Part shown: positions 16,770 to 23,769 of the stretch, piece after piece | Numbering within the stretch: the first letter of the stretch is position 1 | Layout of the letters: every line of letters begins with the position of its first letter | DNA from: Bdellovibrionales bacterium | GTDB taxonomy: Bacteria > Bdellovibrionota > Bdellovibrionia > Bdellovibrionales > UBA840 | Assembly (NCBI GenBank): GCA_037969075.1 | Contig: JBBKWS010000079.1 | Location: 1 to 23,769, forward strand | Direction: 5' to 3' | DNA: 23,769 nt | Program-made: the position numbers and the translations under genes | The notes under the pieces: generated by a model | The model's database searches: none | Told to the model about the DNA's origin: nothing | The model's input: only the letters and a program-made list of their open reading frames with translations

Positions 16770-16915
16770 TAGAGCCTTTCTTAAAAAATAATTACTTAGT
16801 GGGGGCTGCTAAACCCAGAACCACTTATTTAACCTACTTTATATACTGTGAATTTCAATAACTTATGTAAAGAATTTCCTAGATGGACTGTGTTCCTGCA
16901 CTCAATATTTATTAT

Positions 16916-19291
16916 TTAATAACGCTTTTCCCACTGTAAAACAACCTCACCAGCCTGTTCACTTGATTCATTAGGAGCCCAAGACGTTGCAATGACCCAG
17001 CGCTTCGAAAGTCTTTTTCTAATTTCTAATGAAGCATACTGATCAAGACTCGTCCCGATACCTGCTGTCAAGCCTTTACCAAGAACAATCGTTGCTGAGT
17101 AAACTTTTGTGACTGAGTTATAAGACACACTTCGAATCGGAGTTGAAGCAAAAGCCCACAATCCAAATAATCCAACAGCTTTGTCTGCCATTGCAGCTTG
17201 CGCATTACCCGAAGTTTCGGCATCTCCCCCAACCAAATTATCTCGTGTGCGGTCGAATAGTAGAACCGATACAATATCTGGACGATCTAAATAAGGCTCA
17301 CTGCTTAAATCGATGTTTGGCTTTTGTGTTGTGCCAGTGACCCGAATCATGACTTTATGGTTTGTCTGTTGCACATGAAATTTACCATCTATGGGAAAAT
17401 CCGCATCGGCTGTTTCATCAAGATTCAATCTCATTGAATCCACGAAGACAGTTCGCTTTAAATATGTAATTTTGAACGGCTCAATCTTTATATAACCCTT
17501 ATCTATATCACCTTCCCATCCATAGTTGATAGTGATCGGGATAAATGGATCAGCCAATGGATATAAAAGTCGAATCGCACCAGGGCTTAAAGTTTTTATT
17601 TTAAAACTAAGATTTATTTTAGTAGAAGGTTTTTTTTGAATAACCACGGGAGCTAGATGAATTCGCGAGTCTCTAGCAATTCTGGGCATTCCTCTTACAG
17701 GGTCAAGAGGAGGTAATTCAACTTGTAAATCATCAATACTTGCATCCACATCAATATTAATTTTTTTAAAATCCGCTGTCGCGCGCGCTTTAAGTATTGA
17801 TGAGACTTTTACTTTTTGTTTTTTCGACTGAAGATCGGTGGACAAAATCGCTTCGATTGAGATATCACCAGATTTATCCTCTACACTGACAGGGCTTTTT
17901 ATTATTAAATCAATTGCTCCATCTAAAACGTTAAGTGGCGCAGGCACCATAATTTGACCTGCAAGAAGAATTTCTCGCACTTCTTTAAATCGTGAAATAT
18001 GAACTTTTGAATCGATAATTGGATTTAAAAGCCATTTTTCATGTGTACGCATAACCTGAAGACTTGCCCCTAAGTTCAAATTGAAGATTGCATTTTTCAC
18101 TTCTTGCACACGAAGTTCAGCATCAATTGCCGGCAACCCGTCACCTTGTGAAGATAGCAATCTGTTCAACCAAACATCTGCTGTCATTTTAACTTGTAAG
18201 AAGGATGCAAGTTTACAGCTGCATGATGCTTCGATTTGCTTTTTTAGAGATTCATCCATAAAAAATAAAGGTACCGGAGCTTTGACAGTGGCGCTCCCCT
18301 TAGAATTAAGCCATTCTCCTTTTTCAATAGGAAGAATATAGTGGACGTTTATGTTATTTAATTTACTGATTGGACCTGGCAAACCATTAATATCGATTTG
18401 CAGTTTCACGTCTAGCATTCTTTTGTCAGCTAAAATCTGCAGTTGAGGCTTCCATCGAATCCATTTTGAATTCATTTTATACGCACCCTCAATATCCGAT
18501 GCAACTTTTAACTGTTCATCTTTATAAGTAATAGAAATTGGAGTTTTAACTTTGAGGGAATTACTGTTTACGTTTATTACAAAGTTCATAAACGAAGTCT
18601 CTGTACCAAAATGCTTAAGATCAACCGATCCCACTAGATTAACCATTGCTGCAAGTTCAGTTAAATCTTGCAGCTCTACTTCAAATGAGACTTTGTGTGA
18701 TTGCACTTCTGGTTTAGAAATTTTTATAGAAGCCAGAATCGGCTTTGAATCCCCTGACTGGTATTCAAATTTATCGATTGAAATATCTATCTTGTTCAGT
18801 GTAACCCTATCTTGGTAACTCTGAAGAGTTTGAACGATTGATGTGACCTGCTCCAAGGCATCAGATGGATCAAATGGTTTTTGCTTTACATTTGGATCTA
18901 GTTTCTGTCGAATACTTACAGATGAAAGGCTTTTTATATAAAAATTTTTAATTTCAACTTCAGTTCGTGGAAATATAATTGTCGCGCTCAAATCAATAGT
19001 TAGTTCTTCGAGATTTATTATAACTTCAGGATCTAGTTTGGTTACCGAGATATTATCAAATGAGATTTCAAAATCCCAATTCATTCTTTTAACGTGATTA
19101 ACAGAAAAATGAATATCGCTCCAGCTAATTTGTAGATCCTCTGGCAGAAGATGCCTTTCGACAGTTTGCCAAGACTCCTCAGGGTTAAAGTACACCCAAA
19201 GGCCTGCACTCAAAACAACAACTATAGTAAGTGTAGTTATCGCAGTGAAAATGATAAAAATGCACTTGAATGTTTTTTTGAGACGATCCAT
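16916..19291 (-). CDS. tamB: Translocation and assembly module TamB-like protein (DUF490 C-terminus)
   Basis: Uncleaved N-terminal TM anchor, beta-rich body, motif VTGTTQKPNIDLSSEPYLDRPDIVSVLLF, C-terminal QWEKRY. ATG directly follows the stop of the Omp85 gene (TAG-ATG). Confidence 0.8.
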   Translation of the reverse strand: MDRLKKTFKCIFIIFTAITTLTIVVVLSAGLWVYFNPEESWQTVERHLLPEDLQISWSDIHFSVNHVKRMNWDFEISFDNISVTKLDPEVIINLEELTIDLSATIIFPRTEVEIKNFYIKSLSSVSIRQKLDPNVKQKPFDPSDALEQVTSIVQTLQSYQDRVTLNKIDISIDKFEYQSGDSKPILASIKISKPEVQSHKVSFEVELQDLTELAAMVNLVGSVDLKHFGTETSFMNFVINVNSNSLKVKTPISITYKDEQLKVASDIEGAYKMNSKWIRWKPQLQILADKRMLDVKLQIDINGLPGPISKLNNINVHYILPIEKGEWLNSKGSATVKAPVPLFFMDESLKKQIEASCSCKLASFLQVKMTADVWLNRLLSSQGDGLPAIDAELRVQEVKNAIFNLNLGASLQVMRTHEKWLLNPIIDSKVHISRFKEVREILLAGQIMVPAPLNVLDGAIDLIIKSPVSVEDKSGDISIEAILSTDLQSKKQKVKVSSILKARATADFKKINIDVDASIDDLQVELPPLDPVRGMPRIARDSRIHLAPVVIQKKPSTKINLSFKIKTLSPGAIRLLYPLADPFIPITINYGWEGDIDKGYIKIEPFKITYLKRTVFVDSMRLNLDETADADFPIDGKFHVQQTNHKVMIRVTGTTQKPNIDLSSEPYLDRPDIVSVLLFDRTRDNLVGGDAETSGNAQAAMADKAVGLFGLWAFASTPIRSVSYNSVTKVYSATIVLGKGLTAGIGTSLDQYASLEIRKRLSKRWVIATSWAPNESSEQAGEVVLQWEKRY

Positions 19292-21022
19292 CTAAAACTC
19301 TTCTCCAAAACTGATATTGTAGACCCACTCGCGAGGATAGTCAGATGTTTCTATCGAGTTATTCCAAACCTGACCACGTGCTGCTGAAAATCGGAGAGTA
19401 CCAAACGGAGAAACCCAACGAAGACCTGCACCATAAGAAATAAATGTGGGCGAAATAAATTCATATTGGCGTGTGCCAAGCTTAGCCGAATCAAACAATA
19501 ATAATGGCTCAAGATTATAAGGGGCAACTTGAACAAGTCTAAATTCAAAACCAGCAAGAAGTGAAGAAATATATCCTCTTCCTTCGTTATCCAATGTATG
19601 ACGTGAAAACCCACGGATATTATTGTTACCACCATAAAAAATACGAAGATCCACTGGTAAATCGGTAATCTCGGTTGGATCGTCTCGGTGGTGGGTATCA
19701 ACAAATGTAGTTTCGAAGCGACTTGCAATTACAATAAGTGGAGGGGCGTAAGCATTTACATTGTATAAATACTTAAGCCTTATATCATAGCGATCGACAT
19801 TAAGACCTGAACCAATTTTCTTTCTCTGTCCCGTGTACTTAACATCTCCTGTCCAACCTTCAAATTGTGAGCGCGAAAAAGCTTCGTAAGAGTGACTTGC
19901 GGCTGACAGAGACCCATCCCAAGATAAATAATTGAGTTCGTCAGGCCCTTGTCCACTCACAGTCTTAAGATAATTGAGCGTTGGGCCCAATCTACCCTTC
20001 ACTCTAATATGAGAAATATCCCATGCCCGCCCGATATCAGACCCGACCTCACCCTTATTGGACTCGAATGATCTTTCATTTTTACGCTCAAATTTAAGTC
20101 GTGGGCCGACAAAAGTTCGATACGAGTTCGCAAGGACATAAAGTTCTGAACTAAGCTCAAGAGTTTGTCTAATATTTGAAGCATGAAGTTGGGCTAAAAA
20201 GCTTGAGGCCCTATCATCGAGACGCGAATTTTTAAACCAAACATCAGCAAACGGAAATTCTTCCGTCGAAGCACCCACACTAAAGCGCAGAAGTTTTGGC
20301 TTACCAACTTCAGAAATAAAATTCAAATCAACTTTATCGTCATGACAAATAGTAGTTATATAGGCATTTTGAAATAATCCTTGCGCCATCACACGGTCGA
20401 TGGTGATCTCGGTCTCGATAACATTGTATTGCCCGCCTGGCTCGAAGGCTTCATATCTTTTTAAAGCCTCCAGATCTAATGTACCGTAGCCAGAACGAAA
20501 AATTTCGCCGATTGACTGAACTGGCCCAGCCTCAACATCTGCGAACATTTTATAATCCCAGGCTTGTGCTCGCATTTCGATTTTAGGACATGCATGACCT
20601 TGACGTTTTGCTTCGAGTTCAATCCAGTTTTTAACCTCATCTAATTTTTGCGGAACCATCGGCTCCCCGACAATCTTTCTTTTTTTACTAACCTCCACCA
20701 CCCCATTAGACCCGGTAATAATCAGCTGACTGGTCTCAGCTCTCTTGCCCTTTTTTACAATCAATTTATCCCCAGTGTTCTCAAAGGTCGCATCAAGATA
20801 GCCTGCATTCTGCAAAAGAACATTCAGTTGGTACTGCGCTTGAAGAAGTGGGACTTTTTTCCAAGCTTGATCTGATTCTTTAGTACCACAAACTAAAACC
20901 TTCTCGTTTTCACTAAGGTCAAAGCTACTATCAATGATCATAATATCGGGGTTTGAACACAGTTTTTGATCGGCGAAGGCATAAGAACTAAAAATGAGGA
21001 AATAGAGCATGGTTTTCAACAT
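19292..21022 (-). CDS. tamA: Omp85 (BamA/TamA family) outer membrane protein, TamA-like
   Basis: Signal peptide (..SSYAFA), POTRA-like region, FYGGNNNIRGF lid-loop motif, YGAGLRWVSPFGTLRF, C-terminal ISFGEEF. Paired with tamB. Confidence 0.85.
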   Translation of the reverse strand: MLKTMLYFLIFSSYAFADQKLCSNPDIMIIDSSFDLSENEKVLVCGTKESDQAWKKVPLLQAQYQLNVLLQNAGYLDATFENTGDKLIVKKGKRAETSQLIITGSNGVVEVSKKRKIVGEPMVPQKLDEVKNWIELEAKRQGHACPKIEMRAQAWDYKMFADVEAGPVQSIGEIFRSGYGTLDLEALKRYEAFEPGGQYNVIETEITIDRVMAQGLFQNAYITTICHDDKVDLNFISEVGKPKLLRFSVGASTEEFPFADVWFKNSRLDDRASSFLAQLHASNIRQTLELSSELYVLANSYRTFVGPRLKFERKNERSFESNKGEVGSDIGRAWDISHIRVKGRLGPTLNYLKTVSGQGPDELNYLSWDGSLSAASHSYEAFSRSQFEGWTGDVKYTGQRKKIGSGLNVDRYDIRLKYLYNVNAYAPPLIVIASRFETTFVDTHHRDDPTEITDLPVDLRIFYGGNNNIRGFSRHTLDNEGRGYISSLLAGFEFRLVQVAPYNLEPLLLFDSAKLGTRQYEFISPTFISYGAGLRWVSPFGTLRFSAARGQVWNNSIETSDYPREWVYNISFGEEF

Positions 21023-21155
21023 AAAGCAGCTCTACGTGTTAGGAATATTTTGCGGTTTTGTCACGATATTTGCCGGTTGATTCTGCAAAATCTCTATGTT
21101 TCTAAATCTCTGTATGCCATTTAATCCAAATGAAAACAACCCAGCCCGTGACTCA

Positions 21156-23747
21156 CTAAAATAACGATTTACAAGAAGTCGCATCCATTTCCATATGAGG
21201 CATATCCGCTAGTTCTTTGTGATTATTAAGACTGGCCTCAATGGCAATAAAGCCTTCGCTATTGGTAGTTCTTGTCAGAAAAATGGTATCTCCTGGTGCA
21301 TACTCGGCGTTGCCAGTGATTTTTTGCACGGCCCCTTTAATATAGGCATCTACCGCATTTAAACTTGGCCTTACTCCTCTTAGTAGTGGATTTTCGGCTC
21401 TTAAAAAATCTTCTATTAGACGTGCATCTACTTCTAATTTAAGCCCTGATGACTCCAGCATCTCTACTCGAATCGCATCTATCGCGCGCGATAAAATTTC
21501 AGTGCTAATTTTCATAGGTAATACTGATGAAACCGACACCACATCCATTCGATTGATAATATAATCTGGCACTTTATTTTCAAATAACTTACGAAGTTCT
21601 GCTGTAGTCATTTCTATAAGCCTTTTATTAATCTGCTCCTCTGTCCACTTCACCACATCATCAGGAAAGATAGTATGAGCCCCCTCATTAGAGGTAAGAA
21701 CAATCATGTGCTTATTTAGACGACGAATTTTATTATCGCCACCTTCAACAATGCCCTTATCAAACATTTCCATCAGAGATTCAAAAAACAATAAATTAGC
21801 CTTCTCTACTTCATCAATAATTATAATCCCGCCAAACTTACCTTTTGCAGGATCATCTAACCAATCCATTAAACGACCCGCGGTGTGTTTACCAAAAGTA
21901 ACTCCACCCGGAACACCAAGAAGCATACTCATCTTAATATCGTTAGCATCACTATACTGACTGGCCTTAATCATAAAGACTCGCTCTTTTGATTTAAGCG
22001 CTAGCTCGGCGAGTACCTCTGCCGTTTCCGTTTTACCAGTACCAGATCTACCAAGCACTAAACCAACCTTTACGCCCCTCTTGCCTTCATTACGAACCAC
22101 GGACAACCATAAATTAACAAAATCATTTACCATTCGCTCTTGACCCAGAACCCGCGCACTTACTTTTTCAAATAAATCTTTGCGGTATTTTTCCATGGCT
22201 TTCGCATCACGAGGATCGGCCGGTAGCCCATGCTCTTTTTGAACAAAATCATATACATCTGTTTTGTTTAAAGTTACGCGAGAGACTCCTTCTTTATATC
22301 GCTTGTGATTTAGTAAGTCGTCGGCAAAAACAAAGCTGCCGTCCAAAACTCCTTTATCAGGAAATACCAATCCGACTTTACGAATTATAAGCTTCATTAC
22401 ATCTTCATTAATTTCTGAGTCAGCATATAGAATTTTAAATAGTGGCATCCATGATTTTTTAAAAATTTCTAAGATTTCTGCCTCAGAAAACTCTCTGACC
22501 GCTACTTCTTGAACTCTTCGTAGCAAAGCTCCATTATGTTTGAACGTCGACCTAAACTCCGGTGATGTGCTTGCGCCAATTAGCATGATTTTACTTGATG
22601 TAGATTCGATGAACGGTTTGATAGCCTCAATTTGAACTTCGGTAAGAGTATGAAACTCATCAATAAATACTATCACCCTGCGGTCAATTTGCTTTTGTAC
22701 TTCATTAATAGCAGAAAAGTAAGCTTCAATGGCATCGGCTTGACCCGCTGGCTTATCTGTTTTTGCAAGCCTTGAAATACGGCCAGAAGTGGTCGTGATG
22801 ACTGTGGCATTTTTAAAAATCTCTGTAACTACATTATCCGTGTATTGTCCTGTTACTAAACCAAATGAAAAGCCCTCAACAATGGCTGTTTTACCTGCTC
22901 CGGCTGATCCAATGAGTACGGCATTTTGTTGCCTATGCCTCGATAAAACCATTAGTAATCGTTCAACCACATCTTCTCGGCCAAGAATTTTGGCGTACTT
23001 ACCATCTTTTAATTTATCATAAACATCATCTGTCATGAACTTAGTTGTACCAGCTAAAAGAATGTCAACCGGGCCAGAATCTCCAGCCTTTACAGGGCCC
23101 GCTGATTGACGCCCTTTCTTTAGCCCGCGAATTTGGTCTTCGAACTTTACATATCCCTCTAAGGCTTCTCTTTGCTTAATATCCTCAATCCCTAAAGCTT
23201 CTCTAGATAAGGATGCATGTTTATACGCAGTACTAAGCTCAGAAATAATGTGTGCGTTAATACCACTAAGCTCTGGAAAAAGCTTTGAACCCACTTCTGT
23301 ACGCAACTTTGCTGCCTCGAGAGCTTCATCAATATATCTTATGAATTCTGTTTTAGTAGCGCTAGTATTTCTAGAAGGATGAGACTGAAGCCAAATAGTT
23401 AAACGATCTCTAAGATCTAATAGTTTAGATTCACCACTTTGCAAAACATTCGACGGATGCACGTGACTACGGTTAGTAATTTCGCCGATAGTTTTAATAT
23501 AGTACTCAATAACTTTTTTACTTTTTTTATCGTTGATAGCTGTAATAGCCTGCTCTATCACTACATCCGCCACATCGGTATAGCGATAGTCTTTTAAAAC
23601 ATCGAGCCCTGCTATAATTCTACGTTCGTTATTACTATGAATGGCGTCCCAGATGACTAAGAACTCAGATTGCTTCGCATCAAGTGCGACCGCTTGTAAA
23701 TTAGAAGATATGAAAAGAAGAGCTAAAAAAACTATAAAAGCGCGCAT
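21156..23747 (-). CDS. ClpA/ClpB-like double AAA+ ATPase with predicted signal peptide and non-canonical N-domain
   Basis: D1: ILGRE, GSAGAGKT, VFIDEFH, ALLRR. D2: VLGQE, GRSGTGKT, IIDEVEKA, LTSN, NRMD, GVRP. No M-domain. ATG 23747 has GGGGA SD; N-terminus MRAFIVFLALLFISSNLQA. Confidence 0.85.
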   Translation of the reverse strand: MRAFIVFLALLFISSNLQAVALDAKQSEFLVIWDAIHSNNERRIIAGLDVLKDYRYTDVADVVIEQAITAINDKKSKKVIEYYIKTIGEITNRSHVHPSNVLQSGESKLLDLRDRLTIWLQSHPSRNTSATKTEFIRYIDEALEAAKLRTEVGSKLFPELSGINAHIISELSTAYKHASLSREALGIEDIKQREALEGYVKFEDQIRGLKKGRQSAGPVKAGDSGPVDILLAGTTKFMTDDVYDKLKDGKYAKILGREDVVERLLMVLSRHRQQNAVLIGSAGAGKTAIVEGFSFGLVTGQYTDNVVTEIFKNATVITTTSGRISRLAKTDKPAGQADAIEAYFSAINEVQKQIDRRVIVFIDEFHTLTEVQIEAIKPFIESTSSKIMLIGASTSPEFRSTFKHNGALLRRVQEVAVREFSEAEILEIFKKSWMPLFKILYADSEINEDVMKLIIRKVGLVFPDKGVLDGSFVFADDLLNHKRYKEGVSRVTLNKTDVYDFVQKEHGLPADPRDAKAMEKYRKDLFEKVSARVLGQERMVNDFVNLWLSVVRNEGKRGVKVGLVLGRSGTGKTETAEVLAELALKSKERVFMIKASQYSDANDIKMSMLLGVPGGVTFGKHTAGRLMDWLDDPAKGKFGGIIIIDEVEKANLLFFESLMEMFDKGIVEGGDNKIRRLNKHMIVLTSNEGAHTIFPDDVVKWTEEQINKRLIEMTTAELRKLFENKVPDYIINRMDVVSVSSVLPMKISTEILSRAIDAIRVEMLESSGLKLEVDARLIEDFLRAENPLLRGVRPSLNAVDAYIKGAVQKITGNAEYAPGDTIFLTRTTNSEGFIAIEASLNNHKELADMPHMEMDATSCKSLF

Positions 23748-23769
23748 CAAAAATCCCCATGGATTATGA

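Noticed and set aside
16847..16864. Possible ARG box upstream of the APC permease (tgTGAATttcaATAACtt)
   Set aside because: Only one half-site matches, there is no tandem partner, and such matches are expected by chance in AT-rich DNA.
21156..21173. Terminal CKSLF as a eukaryotic CaaX prenylation motif
   Set aside because: Cys is at -5, not -4, so it is not CaaX.
21156..23747. Calling the AAA+ gene clpA, clpB or T6SS clpV
   Set aside because: No Clp N-domain repeats, no M-domain, no IGF loop, no T6SS genes nearby, and a signal peptide is present.
1..23769. CRISPR arrays, IS elements, tRNA/rRNA, prophage genes
   Set aside because: No regularly spaced repeats, transposase/integrase ORFs or structured RNA genes were seen; intergenic gaps are short.

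Overview
AT-rich bacterial chromosomal window, densely coding, with no RNA genes, mobile elements or CRISPR arrays seen. The gene styles are compatible with a Bdellovibrionota-like Gram-negative organism (inference only). The centrepiece (7924-15294) is a divergent cluster: a class-I PLP Orn/Lys/Arg decarboxylase on the minus strand faces a translationally coupled argC-argJ-argB-argR operon that continues into homospermidine synthase (hss). Tandem ARG boxes lie over the argC promoter and start codon. The cluster has no argD/F/G/H, so it looks like an ArgR-controlled glutamate->ornithine->putrescine->sym-homospermidine pathway rather than an arginine operon. An APC permease converges on it. Other contents: SulP/STAS transporter, CPA2 antiporter, an exported TolB-like+Kelch double propeller, an M14 peptidase, a half-size PqiA with a two-MCE-domain PqiB/LetB-like protein, and a TamA/TamB pair. 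At the right end is an unusual ClpA-like double AAA+ protein with a signal peptide, degenerate pore loops and a single Cys in a terminal CKSLF.
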